Under the pieces are notes generated by a model, which saw only the letters and a list, made by a program, of their open reading frames with translations, had not been told where the DNA came from and ran no database searches. Of a stretch of DNA of 64,000 nucleotides, positions 10,254 through 19,982 are shown piece by piece. Source of the DNA: Minisyncoccota bacterium (GTDB lineage: Bacteria; Patescibacteriota; Minisyncoccia; Phycocordibacterales; JABAAK01); contig OY282360.1 in NCBI GenBank assembly GCA_958295675.1, positions 658,026-722,025 on the forward strand, in the 5' to 3' direction. The position numbers and the translations under genes were made by a program. Position 1 is the first letter of the stretch; each line of letters starts with the position of its first letter.

Positions 10254-12407
10254 ATGGCGCGCAAAAAAAAGAAAAAAACAATACTCCGTAGATGCGCTGA
10301 CGGGTATCGCACTATTCCCGAGCGCGTCCGGGAAATCATATTCGGCGGCATCGCGACGCTAATCGCGGTGTTTTTCACGCTGGTGCTCATAAACGCTGCC
10401 GGTTCGTTCGGCATGACTATACGCGATACGCTGTTCTTGCGCAGCAACGGTGATCCGGCACTGCTTGGCTGGAGTTTCCTGCTGCTCATCGTGTTCTTCG
10501 CGTTTCTCGGATTGTCTCTTATCGCAAACATTCGACCGATATCGCACCTTCGTCTTTGGATTGGCAGCATGCTCGGCTTTTTCAGTATCGCGACATTTTT
10601 CGCGGCGAGTTTTGATGAGACGGCGGGCGGCAGTATCGGCAACATCGTGTTCAGCGCGCTGCACAATGTGCTCGGCGTATTCTCGTACATCCTTATCCCT
10701 ATCGGCATTCTCGGGTCGCTCTACATTCTCACCATGTTCTCTCCGACTACAATTTGGGATTGGCTTACCAGCCATAGAAATGATGACGAGGACGAAGATG
10801 AGGATGATGAGGAATACGACGATGAAGAAGACGAGGAAGAGTATGATGATAACGATGAAGAGGACGGAGATGAGGATGAATACGACGATGACGAAGAGGA
10901 AGACGACGAATACGAGGATGAAGAGGAGGAGGAAGATGACCGGCAGACACACGGAACAGAGATTGCGGCATACATCCCGCCGCCATTGGCATTGCTAAGT
11001 TCAGAACGAGGAAAGGGACGCGCGGAAAATACCAAGGCGCAGGCGCAGACAATCGCCCGCACACTCAAAAATTTCAAAATATCAGTTACAGTTGAAGAGG
11101 TCACCGTCGGTCCGACCTTCACCCGTTACGCGGTGCGTCCGGCTGAGGGCATACGACTGTCAAAAATCACCGGACTGCAGCAAAATCTTGAGCTTGCACT
11201 GGCAGCACACCCAATTCGAATTGAAGCACCGATCCCGGGCGAATCGCTGGTCGGTATTGAGGTGCCGAACTCCGCTCGTGCGACCGTCGGACTGCGAACA
11301 CTGCTTGAATCAAGCGAGTTTGAGAAAACAAGGGGTGCATTGCCGCTCGCGATCGGCAAAACAATCAACGGATCAGTATTCGCGAAAAGTTTATCAAAAA
11401 TGCCGCACGCATTGGTCGCCGGCACAACCGGATCGGGAAAAAGCGTGCTGATACACAACTTCATCCTGTCGCTTCTGTTTTCGTACGGTCCGCGTGATCT
11501 TCGCTTTATCTTCATAGATCCGAAACGGGTTGAACTGACATTGTATAAAGGAATACCGCACCTCTACACCGATCCAATTACGGAACCGAAGAAAGCGCTG
11601 CAGGCACTGGTATGGGTGGTAAACGAGATGGAGCGGCGGTATGAACTGCTTGAAGAACGCGGTGCTCGCGGCATTATCTCGTACAACGATGCCATTGAAA
11701 ACGAGGAAGAACGAATGCCGTACCTCGTGGTAGTAGTGGATGAGCTTGCCGACCTGATGCAGAGTTTCCCGCGGGAAATTGAGGGCAATATCGTCCGTAT
11801 CACACAAAAAAGCCGTGCGGTCGGCATCCATCTCATCATCTCCACGCAACGACCGTCAGTGAATATCATCACCGGCGTGGTAAAGGCAAATGTACCGGTG
11901 CGTGTCGCGTTGCAGGTGGCATCCGGCATTGATTCACGAACCATTTTAGACGCAACCGGTGCCGAAAACCTGATCGGTTCCGGCGATTTGCTCTTCGGTT
12001 CCGCCGAAAGCAAGAAACCGGTACGGGTGCAGTCGGCGTTCATTGATGAGCGGGAGGTGAAAAAAGTCGCGCAGCACATTATACGGGAAAACGGTGTCGC
12101 TGAAAATCTGATTGATGTGACACAAAAACAAAAGGGCGGAAACAGCGGCAGCTTTAACACGGACGATGATGATGACGATCTGTACGCCGACGCGCGGGAC
12201 ATTGTTATAACAGCAAAAAAGGCATCCACCTCCCTGCTTCAGCGCAAACTGAAAATCGGCTATTCCCGCGCCGCGCGACTGATTGATATGCTTGAAGAGC
12301 ACGGTGTGGTGGGACCGCAAATCGGTTCAAAGCCGCGGGAAATACTGGTTGAAAATAGTGATGACGGATTTGATGACGAAATGGAACACGCGGAACGGAA
12401 TGAATAG
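10254..12407 (+). CDS. ftsK: DNA translocase FtsK/SpoIIIE
   Basis: N-terminal TMs, AGTTGSGKS, IDPKRVEL, VDELADLM, C-terminal gamma domain LQRKLKIGYSRAARLID. Confidence 0.96.
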   Translation: MARKKKKKTILRRCADGYRTIPERVREIIFGGIATLIAVFFTLVLINAAGSFGMTIRDTLFLRSNGDPALLGWSFLLLIVFFAFLGLSLIANIRPISHLRLWIGSMLGFFSIATFFAASFDETAGGSIGNIVFSALHNVLGVFSYILIPIGILGSLYILTMFSPTTIWDWLTSHRNDDEDEDEDDEEYDDEEDEEEYDDNDEEDGDEDEYDDDEEEDDEYEDEEEEEDDRQTHGTEIAAYIPPPLALLSSERGKGRAENTKAQAQTIARTLKNFKISVTVEEVTVGPTFTRYAVRPAEGIRLSKITGLQQNLELALAAHPIRIEAPIPGESLVGIEVPNSARATVGLRTLLESSEFEKTRGALPLAIGKTINGSVFAKSLSKMPHALVAGTTGSGKSVLIHNFILSLLFSYGPRDLRFIFIDPKRVELTLYKGIPHLYTDPITEPKKALQALVWVVNEMERRYELLEERGARGIISYNDAIENEEERMPYLVVVVDELADLMQSFPREIEGNIVRITQKSRAVGIHLIISTQRPSVNIITGVVKANVPVRVALQVASGIDSRTILDATGAENLIGSGDLLFGSAESKKPVRVQSAFIDEREVKKVAQHIIRENGVAENLIDVTQKQKGGNSGSFNTDDDDDDLYADARDIVITAKKASTSLLQRKLKIGYSRAARLIDMLEEHGVVGPQIGSKPREILVENSDDGFDDEMEHAERNE
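10781..10940 (+). repeat. low-complexity Asp/Glu tract in the FtsK linker
   Basis: ~50 codons of GAN with periodic Tyr (EYDD). Confidence 0.85.
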
Positions 12408-12786
12408 CAATATGCGTATAGCAGCGATAGGCACATATATTCTGTTCGCCGTCGTTATCGCGTACGGCTTATTCAGATCACAAACAATACTGTTCGGACC
12501 GCAGCTGACAATTCTTGCTCCGGAACCGCATAGTTCAGTACCGCAGATATTCACCATGGAAGCAGTGACAAAAAACGCAACCTATCTGACCATTAACGAT
12601 CAGCGGGTCTATCCGGACCGAAACGGGTATTTTGAACAAGACCTCCTGCTGCCGACAGGATATACTATAGTGAAAGTATATGCGAAAAACAGACAGAGTC
12701 GGGAAAAAATTATTCACCTGCCATTATACATAACCCACCATGACAACAGAGAAAAAACCAACAAAGAAAACGAAGAGCAAAAATAG
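12400..12786 (+). CDS. small membrane-anchored Ig-like protein
   Basis: N-terminal [23 protein letters not shown]. Overlaps the ftsK stop and recA start. Confidence 0.65.
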   Translation: MNSNMRIAAIGTYILFAVVIAYGLFRSQTILFGPQLTILAPEPHSSVPQIFTMEAVTKNATYLTINDQRVYPDRNGYFEQDLLLPTGYTIVKVYAKNRQSREKIIHLPLYITHHDNREKTNKENEEQK

Positions 12787-13792
12787 CGATACATCAAAAT
12801 CCGCTGACAAAAAAGATTCGGCGGCACTTCACAGTGCTCTGGCAAATATTAAGACAAAATTCGGCGAGGAATCCATCATGGTGATGGGTGAACGACCGAA
12901 ACAAAAAATTAATGCTGTTCCCACCGGCTCTATAGGATTGGATTTCGCGATCGGCATCGGCGGCGTGCCGCGCGGACGCATCGTTGAAATATTCGGACCG
13001 GAATCCTCAGGAAAAACCACGCTCGCGCTGCACATCGTCGCCGAAGCGCAGAAAGCGGGCGGGGTATGCGCATTCGTGGACGCGGAACACGCGCTTGATC
13101 CTGAATATGCAAAACGAATCGGCGTGAAGATAAATGATCTGCTTGTATCACAGCCGGACACAGGCGAACAGGCGCTGGAAATCACTGACTCACTCGTGCG
13201 CACGAACAGCGTGGATGTTATTGTCATTGACTCAGTCGCCGCGCTCACACCCAAAGCGGAAATTGAAGGCGACATGGGCGAGCAGCATATCGGACGGCAG
13301 GCGCGGCTGATGAGTCAGGCGCTGCGGAAACTGACAGCGATTGTCGCGCGCTCGGCGACAGTGGTCGTATTTATCAACCAAATCCGGATGCAGATCGGTG
13401 TTATGTTCGGTAACCCGGAAACCACGCCGGGCGGCAAGGCACTGAAATTCTACAGCTCGCTCCGGTTGGATGTGCGCCGCATTGCGCAAATCAAAAAAGG
13501 AGACGAAGTGAAAGGCAACCGCGTGCGGGTCAAAGTGGTAAAAAATAAGGTCGGCGCGCCGTACCGTACCGCGGAGTTTGACCTGATGTACAACGAAGGC
13601 ATCACCCGCGAGGGAGAACTTTTAGCGCTCGGCGAGAAGTACGGTCTTGTTGAGAAAAAAGGCGGCGCATCATATTCATACGGCGAAGAAAAACTCGGGC
13701 GCGGTTACGACGCGGCGCGTACCGCGCTTGCGGAAAACCAAAAACTGAGCAAAAAACTTGAATCAGAAGTACGCAACCATTTCCAGTCATAG
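12740..13792 (+). CDS. recA: recombinase RecA
   Basis: [35 protein letters not shown]. Confidence 0.99.
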   Translation: MTTEKKPTKKTKSKNSDTSKSADKKDSAALHSALANIKTKFGEESIMVMGERPKQKINAVPTGSIGLDFAIGIGGVPRGRIVEIFGPESSGKTTLALHIVAEAQKAGGVCAFVDAEHALDPEYAKRIGVKINDLLVSQPDTGEQALEITDSLVRTNSVDVIVIDSVAALTPKAEIEGDMGEQHIGRQARLMSQALRKLTAIVARSATVVVFINQIRMQIGVMFGNPETTPGGKALKFYSSLRLDVRRIAQIKKGDEVKGNRVRVKVVKNKVGAPYRTAEFDLMYNEGITREGELLALGEKYGLVEKKGGASYSYGEEKLGRGYDAARTALAENQKLSKKLESEVRNHFQS

Positions 13793-13812
13793 TATCCGAA
13801 CGACACACTGTT

Positions 13813-14391
13813 ATGACAGCACTAAGTTACACAGATATACAGCAAGGCGTGTTCTTCAGGATGGACGGAGCGGTATATGAAACTGTTGATGCGGTATTCT
13901 CTAAGAAAAGCAGGCAGAAAGGATCAAATCAGGTCAGAATAAAAAATATCGCCACCGGTGCGGTAACAACAAAAACTTTTCATACGTCCGATGTGCTGGA
14001 AGATGTAACCGTGGAAAAGGAAGAGTATGTTTTTGTATACGCACGGAACGACGAAATAATAATACATCCTGTTGACAAACCATCTGAACGCACAAGCATT
14101 CCGTCTTCATCTTTTCCGAACAGCATACTGATACCGTCAGGTACAACGGTAACGGCATTGGTTGAAAACAACGAAATACTGACCGTGCGGGCACCGATTA
14201 AAGTTGATGTGTTGGTGAAAGAAGCGCCGCCGGATGTACGGGGCAATACCGCGCAGGGCGGCACAAAACGGGTCGTAACGGAAACCGGTGCATCAATCGC
14301 AACCCCGCTGTTCATAAAAACAGGTGATTGCATCAGAATCAACACCGAAACCGGCGAGTATACGGAGCGGGTTAAAATAGTCAATAATTAA
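13813..14391 (+). CDS. efp: elongation factor P
   Basis: GNTAQGGTK..TETG...PLFIKTGD.I.INTETGEYTER C-terminal signature. Confidence 0.9.
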   Translation: MTALSYTDIQQGVFFRMDGAVYETVDAVFSKKSRQKGSNQVRIKNIATGAVTTKTFHTSDVLEDVTVEKEEYVFVYARNDEIIIHPVDKPSERTSIPSSSFPNSILIPSGTTVTALVENNEILTVRAPIKVDVLVKEAPPDVRGNTAQGGTKRVVTETGASIATPLFIKTGDCIRINTETGEYTERVKIVNN

Positions 14392-14410
14392 AGCGTAAAA
14401 TATAAAAACA

Positions 14411-14502
14411 TTGAAAAAAAGAAGTAATATTGTATAATAAAAATAGGCGGGATTGAAATAACAATCTCACGAGTACCGTTTCACAAATGCAGCCAAGGAG
14501 GC
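14411..14502 (+). promoter_or_regulatory. promoter and Shine-Dalgarno of the 14507 gene
   Basis: TTGAAA at 14411, TATAAT at 14433-14438, AAGGAGG just before the ATG. Confidence 0.6.
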
Positions 14503-14506
14503 AGGC

Positions 14507-14947
14507 ATGACAAATGAAAAAGGAGAGGGGAGAGGAAGCATTGTTAATCTGCATGCATACCGAAAACAGCGTGTATACCGGGAACTCATGAGTGCTGCTC
14601 CCAACGCAGAAATGCTCAATAACGGGAAGGTCATCCTCGTACCAGAAGCAATAAAAGGATCTTCTATCAATCTTCTCAAGGCAATTGTACAGCTCTTTGA
14701 ACTGGCAACAGTGAAAGCGTTCGTCATTGCTCACTATAACAATAGAGTGGGGATTCTGGTACGCCGTGACACGGGGATAATACCGGCTAATCATTCTGAG
14801 ATCAGAGCAATCGTTGGTGGAGGAGAGGCACACGATGCGCAAACCGCCAAACTCAGTAAGTTCTACTACTACTCCGGTACGAGCAAGGTAAGTGTACGGC
14901 AAGTTGCAGAAACAGTCGTACGATTGCTGGAGGAGTCAGAGGAGTAA
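14507..14947 (+). CDS. hypothetical protein (weak DHHA1-like GGG..H motif)
   Basis: 146-aa ORF with promoter, SD and downstream palindrome. Confidence 0.6.
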   Translation: MTNEKGEGRGSIVNLHAYRKQRVYRELMSAAPNAEMLNNGKVILVPEAIKGSSINLLKAIVQLFELATVKAFVIAHYNNRVGILVRRDTGIIPANHSEIRAIVGGGEAHDAQTAKLSKFYYYSGTSKVSVRQVAETVVRLLEESEE

Positions 14948-14965
14948 TTCGGTTCATTACCGAAA

Positions 14966-14989
14966 CCCGAGCGGTTTAAACCGCTCGGG
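14966..14989. terminator. bidirectional terminator palindrome
   Basis: Perfect palindrome cccgagcggtttaaaccgctcggg between convergent genes. Confidence 0.75.
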
Positions 14990-15018
14990 AATTTTTTATA
15001 ATGAGCAACAGGAAACAT

Positions 15019-15237
15019 CTACTGCCGCACATACGGCATCAATGACATAAACCGGGCGCGTTTTACCGCTTGTGTTACTTGTCTCTGATACCGAGCGGAT
15101 AAACCGGTTCGCTTGCGCGCGAGCACTTTCCCGTGTGCGTCCACAAAACGATCTAAAAGATGTATATCACGGTAATCAACATATCTAATGTTGTGCGATA
15201 AAAAGTAACAATCTTGTTTTTTTCTTCTCTGCATCAT
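15019..15237 (-). CDS. rpsR: 30S ribosomal protein S18
   Basis: VDYRD..LL.RFV...GKVLARKRTG.SARYQR....AVKRARFMSLMPY. Confidence 0.95.
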   Translation of the reverse strand: MMQRRKKQDCYFLSHNIRYVDYRDIHLLDRFVDAHGKVLARKRTGLSARYQRQVTQAVKRARFMSLMPYVRQ

Positions 15238-15240
15238 ACG

Positions 15241-15705
15241 CTAAAACGGAATGTCATCCGGATTAATAGTCGCTTCAGGATACTCGGGTGCATCATCCTT
15301 CTTTTTCGCTGCTGTTGCCGGAGCTGCCTGCGGTGATGCCGGCTGCTGTTGCGGTGCGGCGGATGTTTCACCGTCACGGCGCGGTCCGAACTGCATTTGC
15401 TCACCGACAATCTCAGTTTTGTAACGCTTCTGCCCTGTCTCCTTATCATCCCAATTGCTGGTGCGGAGACGACCTTCAATAAACACCCCCTTGCCGCGGG
15501 AAAGATACTGCTGCGCGAGATCCGCCAACCGACCGAAAAGCACCACATTGTGATATTCAACCTCCTCAACACGCTCACCTTGCTGATTATTGTAATAACG
15601 GTTAGTCGCCATACCGATATTCGCCACATTCATACCACTCGGCAACTGCCGGACTTCAGGGTCGCGCGTCAGGTTGCCGTATAACATTACTTTATTTATA
15701 TTCAT
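15241..15705 (-). CDS. ssb: single-stranded DNA-binding protein
   Basis: NKVMLYGNLTRDPE, C-terminal DDIPF. Confidence 0.98.
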   Translation of the reverse strand: MNINKVMLYGNLTRDPEVRQLPSGMNVANIGMATNRYYNNQQGERVEEVEYHNVVLFGRLADLAQQYLSRGKGVFIEGRLRTSNWDDKETGQKRYKTEIVGEQMQFGPRRDGETSAAPQQQPASPQAAPATAAKKKDDAPEYPEATINPDDIPF

Positions 15706-16277
15706 ATATTATATTGTGCCATACTCTTTGCGGCTGTACGGTCAGAATTGGATGGCTCGGTGTCTTTACTGTTCTGTTCAGGTGCAGGTGTGTCTTTCTT
15801 TTTCTGTTCACCCTCTTTCGCCGTATCACTGCTCCTATCTTTCTCTTTCCTATTAACCGGTTGTTCCGGTTTTTTCACATCCTGCCCTTCACCTTCTTCC
15901 TCGTCATCCGTGCCGGGAAGGCGTTCCCCGATACGGGTATCCTCGGCAACGGTTTCAATAATAAGAAAACGAAGAAATGACTCATCAGATTGCAGGTCCT
16001 GGCGCAGTGATTTGGCAAACTCCTGCGTCGCTTTAAACTTTATAGACCCGAAATACGATGTGTTGTACCGATTGTATGAACCGTCACCCTGACGCACATT
16101 ATGGCGTATCGTATACGCAAGATCCATGGATTTCAGTTCTTCAGTGTCAATCACCTCACCGCCGCGCGCAATAGTGTCGCGAAGCCCGGAAAATACTTTT
16201 TCCGCTTCTTCCTCGGATATATCAGGCACAACATGGAAACTTACATCGTATACCTTCTCCGTTTTCTTGTTCGTCAT
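15702..16277 (-). CDS. rpsF: 30S ribosomal protein S6 with long C-terminal tail
   Basis: LAYTI, LRFLII motifs. Sits in the rpsF-ssb-rpsR operon. Confidence 0.88.
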   Translation of the reverse strand: MTNKKTEKVYDVSFHVVPDISEEEAEKVFSGLRDTIARGGEVIDTEELKSMDLAYTIRHNVRQGDGSYNRYNTSYFGSIKFKATQEFAKSLRQDLQSDESFLRFLIIETVAEDTRIGERLPGTDDEEEGEGQDVKKPEQPVNRKEKDRSSDTAKEGEQKKKDTPAPEQNSKDTEPSNSDRTAAKSMAQYNI

Positions 16278-16388
16278 AATACGATTATAACACTACCATA
16301 CACAGCAGGCATTCGCAATACGACATTGCAAATACTAACCAAAAAATAAAAATCTCATATTGTACACCATACACGCACTCCGTTTAAT

Positions 16389-17429
16389 TCAGAATTTTTT
16401 CAGTTTTTGCAGTTTGCCGGATTCAACATCACTGAAAAATTCCTGAATGACACCGGCAAGCGGTACGGCGATGAGAACACCGACAAATCCGGCAATTGAA
16501 CCGCCGACAACAACGGCGAGAATGATGAGTACTGATGAAATGCCGACAACCTTGCTGACCACGAGCGGATAAATGAGCGCGCTCTCAAGCTGCTGAATGA
16601 TAACAAACACACCGATAACAAGCAGAACAAGCGTGATGTCACCGGTGGTCAGTGCCATAAGCACAGCGGGAATCGCGCCGATAACCGGACCGAAAATCGG
16701 TATCACCTCCATCAAACCAGCGAATACGGCAAGGAACAGCGCGTTCTGAATACCGAGCACAGATAGCGCGAAATAGACAAGCGCACCGACAATGCACATA
16801 AGTACCAGTTGTCCCTGAAACCACTGACCCATCTTCACCTGCGTACGCTTCCACAAATCCTCAACATACGCACGGTACCTGATCGGCGTGACAACATGCA
16901 GAAAAGTGTCAAGTGATTTCGGATTAACCGCGAACAGAAAAGTGAGCAACAAAAAGAGAATAATATTTACAATGCCGCCAAAAATGGACAGCACACTCGC
17001 GCCGGTCGACTTGATAAACGACTGCGCGAACTGATTGGAATCAGCGAACACGGCGGATAATTGATCGCCGGCGACAAGACCTTCAAAAATCGTGCCGTCA
17101 AACCAGCCGCGGACCACCTCAAACAAACTCGGCAGCGCATCAACAAACACCTGATATTGCTGTACAAAAATCGGAAACAGGGAGTATGCACAAAACGCGA
17201 AAATGATGAAGACGACAACATACAGAAGCAACACGGCAATCGGTTCCGGAATCTTGAATCGCATGAGAAACCGCTTACCCGGCGCGAGCGCGAGCGAGAA
17301 AACAACCGCGCTTATGACAATCAGCAGTACGGATTTAATTTCATAGAGAAACCAGCCGACAAGCAGAAAAAACAGTACCAATAAAACGGTTCCTGATGTT
17401 ATATTAACGGCAATCGGTTTCTCACGCAT
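16389..17429 (-). CDS. AI-2E family transporter
   Basis: WFQGQL, EVIPIFGPVIGAIPA, QQLESALIYP motifs. Confidence 0.9.
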   Translation of the reverse strand: MREKPIAVNITSGTVLLVLFFLLVGWFLYEIKSVLLIVISAVVFSLALAPGKRFLMRFKIPEPIAVLLLYVVVFIIFAFCAYSLFPIFVQQYQVFVDALPSLFEVVRGWFDGTIFEGLVAGDQLSAVFADSNQFAQSFIKSTGASVLSIFGGIVNIILFLLLTFLFAVNPKSLDTFLHVVTPIRYRAYVEDLWKRTQVKMGQWFQGQLVLMCIVGALVYFALSVLGIQNALFLAVFAGLMEVIPIFGPVIGAIPAVLMALTTGDITLVLLVIGVFVIIQQLESALIYPLVVSKVVGISSVLIILAVVVGGSIAGFVGVLIAVPLAGVIQEFFSDVESGKLQKLKKF

Positions 17430-17473
17430 ATCATATAGAGTGTAGCACACATAAAGCGTGCGTGCGCTCTCTA

Positions 17474-19345
17474 TTATTCAACAACCACACCAGAACGATA
17501 ATCAAACGGTTCGGAGGTGATGCGTGTCGTAAGCTCAGAAATTGTACCCTTGAACACTTCATCCACAAAGGTGTCGCGCGCTTCATAGACCGCCTCATCA
17601 GCCAAAATAACTTCCTGACCCGCATCACGGGATGATGGTGTGAAGGCAACCTGGAATTCAATAGATCTGCCGGAACGCAGTCCTGTCGCGGTCATCGTCG
17701 GCACAGCAACCTGTATTGTATTCGTCTCCTCGTCATGCGACCATTCCTGCGCACTCAGTCCGGAAACCGAACCGGTCATCTCCACATCCCGCCGCAGCGG
17801 CACGGACAGAGAAACATTCGCGAGATCATTGCCGCTGTTCTTGATAAAGTACTTCAGAACATAGGTAGTCCGCTGACCGACCCTCGGCGGTATGGGACCT
17901 GAATTCTCTATTGTACTCGTCTGATACAGCGTAGTGCCGGTCGCCTGCAGAACGCTGCGTACATTGACCCGTCCGACCGCAATATTCTGAATGCGCTCGG
18001 TCTTGCCGGTACTTATACGCTTCGCGCGCGCGGAAACACGCACTTGCACATTTTTCTGAGGTTGGCTGAACTCAATCCGATTCGGCAGCGCGTTGAATTT
18101 AAATGAGAGAATACCGCTCTCGCCGGCACTAACCGACGCGAATGAGCGCAGCTGCTTCTTGTCCCACACAATTTCCCGTTTTACCTCATCAAAATAGCCC
18201 CTGTTGCTCCTGATACTGCTCTCATTCAGTCCTGTGCCGGCAATCTGCGCGGTAATAACTACATCCTCCAACTGCGCTAAATCCAAATTTGACCATGCAA
18301 TATCAACATCCACCTCATCACCGGGAGACACAATGATCACTTGCTCTTGCTCATTGCCGAACTTCAGCCCGATATCAAGAAACGACTTCGCTATGGTAAG
18401 CACAGCACTTTCCTCGGCAATAACAGTCGCTTCGGCAGGATCACCGGTCGGCACCGCGAACAAACGCGCTACAATGGATTGTTCATCACGCTCGGTTCCG
18501 CGAATCACGCCGCGTACTGTGATGATTTGCTCCTCATTCGGCTTCAGTTGTTTGATAGTCCATGAGGTCTGCTGTGCATCAAACGGTTCCGGAGAGAACG
18601 AACGCGGTGTGAAACCGGGAGGATAAGTCAATTGCACATATGATTTTGGAGTCACCTTCGCGGTATTTGACTGTATCTTCACAGTAAAGGTTATTTCTTT
18701 TCCCGCAACCGGATTACTGTACTGCGGCATACCGAGTAATAGCGGTGCGGTACGCAGGAGTACATCATAGGTCTCTTTCACACGGGTCGGTTGCATGGAA
18801 CCCTCCGCCCGATAGGTCAGGGTGTATGTTATAGTTTTTTTCTCCCCTGCCGTGCCATACAGTAACGGCACGACTGACCCGCTAACCACCTCACCGGAAT
18901 CAATAACATCCCAATTAAACATATCCCCGGTCGGACGAACGATACCATCACCCTGCTTCCGGTACGATCCGGGCGGATAATCAACCTCAAACGTCACATC
19001 CCATATAGGTACGGGATTTCTGTTCGCGATGCGTATGGTAAGCGGAACCGTTGAACCCCCCTCAACCACCTTCTCTCCCTGGGTCACAATAGTGATTTTA
19101 CTGGTTGAAACAGTCCGATCAATGCCGGCAATCCGCACGAAAGACGCTATACCAACCGCGGCGAGAAAAAAAAGGAAAGTGATAACAGCAAGAATCAAAA
19201 GATATTTGGACGCTTTCGGTGTCTCAACATCCTCCTTCCAGTCGGTCTCTAAATCTGACTCTTCCCGTTCCAATTTTACTTTCCTATCAACAGCCCGCCT
19301 TTTCGTGTTGTGATAAAGAATTTTTGAAACATCCCGTAACCGCAT
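17474..19345 (-). CDS. single-pass membrane protein with tandem Ig-like (DUF11-like) domains
   Basis: One TM at about aa 50-70, beta-rich repeats, NSGPIPPRVGQRTTY. Confidence 0.7.
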   Translation of the reverse strand: MRLRDVSKILYHNTKRRAVDRKVKLEREESDLETDWKEDVETPKASKYLLILAVITFLFFLAAVGIASFVRIAGIDRTVSTSKITIVTQGEKVVEGGSTVPLTIRIANRNPVPIWDVTFEVDYPPGSYRKQGDGIVRPTGDMFNWDVIDSGEVVSGSVVPLLYGTAGEKKTITYTLTYRAEGSMQPTRVKETYDVLLRTAPLLLGMPQYSNPVAGKEITFTVKIQSNTAKVTPKSYVQLTYPPGFTPRSFSPEPFDAQQTSWTIKQLKPNEEQIITVRGVIRGTERDEQSIVARLFAVPTGDPAEATVIAEESAVLTIAKSFLDIGLKFGNEQEQVIIVSPGDEVDVDIAWSNLDLAQLEDVVITAQIAGTGLNESSIRSNRGYFDEVKREIVWDKKQLRSFASVSAGESGILSFKFNALPNRIEFSQPQKNVQVRVSARAKRISTGKTERIQNIAVGRVNVRSVLQATGTTLYQTSTIENSGPIPPRVGQRTTYVLKYFIKNSGNDLANVSLSVPLRRDVEMTGSVSGLSAQEWSHDEETNTIQVAVPTMTATGLRSGRSIEFQVAFTPSSRDAGQEVILADEAVYEARDTFVDEVFKGTISELTTRITSEPFDYRSGVVVE

Positions 19346-19403
19346 GCAATACAGTATACAGTATCAGGTACTTAAAAACGGTCGGTATTGTACAATACGC
19401 ATG

Positions 19404-19979
19404 ATGGAAAACACATACGCGGTACTTATAACCGATGCATTTATACTCCACACACGCGGAATCGGAGAAGCAGATAGGATAGTAACCGCACTGACACGGG
19501 AAAACGGAGTCATTGATATATTCGCGCGCAGTATTCGCAACGAACGGGCGAAGATGCGCGGCACCGTCAAACCATACAGTCGGGTATCGCTCTCCGCTGT
19601 GATAGGAAAAAGAAATATACTGAAAGATATCACAACAACCGACACACTCAGTGCGATTTGGCGGGAAAAAGAAAAATACACAGCATATGTGAATCTTCTG
19701 CAATTTGTCCGCACACAGGTACCCGCTGTCTCCGCAAAAGACAAACATCTGTTCCCTATAATTGAAAACGGAACGAGATACCTACAGGAATCAGAGGCGA
19801 AAAAATCTCCGGACATACTGCTCGTCGCACAGGTATCGCTGCTCAGCGCTCTCGGCTATGTGCACGACAAAGATATTGAACACAACACATTTGAAAAAAT
19901 ACTACACGACACCTCTATCTCAACAAAGCGGCGGAAAGACCTAAGTCAGCACCTGCGCCACGCATTGCTGCACCAATGA
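19404..19979 (+). CDS. recO: DNA repair protein RecO
   Basis: TDAFIL....GEADR....LTRENG.I...ARSIR...AKMRG OB-fold. Confidence 0.85.
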   Translation: MENTYAVLITDAFILHTRGIGEADRIVTALTRENGVIDIFARSIRNERAKMRGTVKPYSRVSLSAVIGKRNILKDITTTDTLSAIWREKEKYTAYVNLLQFVRTQVPAVSAKDKHLFPIIENGTRYLQESEAKKSPDILLVAQVSLLSALGYVHDKDIEHNTFEKILHDTSISTKRRKDLSQHLRHALLHQ

Positions 19980-19982
19980 TGG

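Noticed and set aside
10359-11122. Antisense poly-Ser, hydrophobic and His/Arg-rich ORFs
   Set aside because: Shadow frames of the FtsK Asp/Glu tract.
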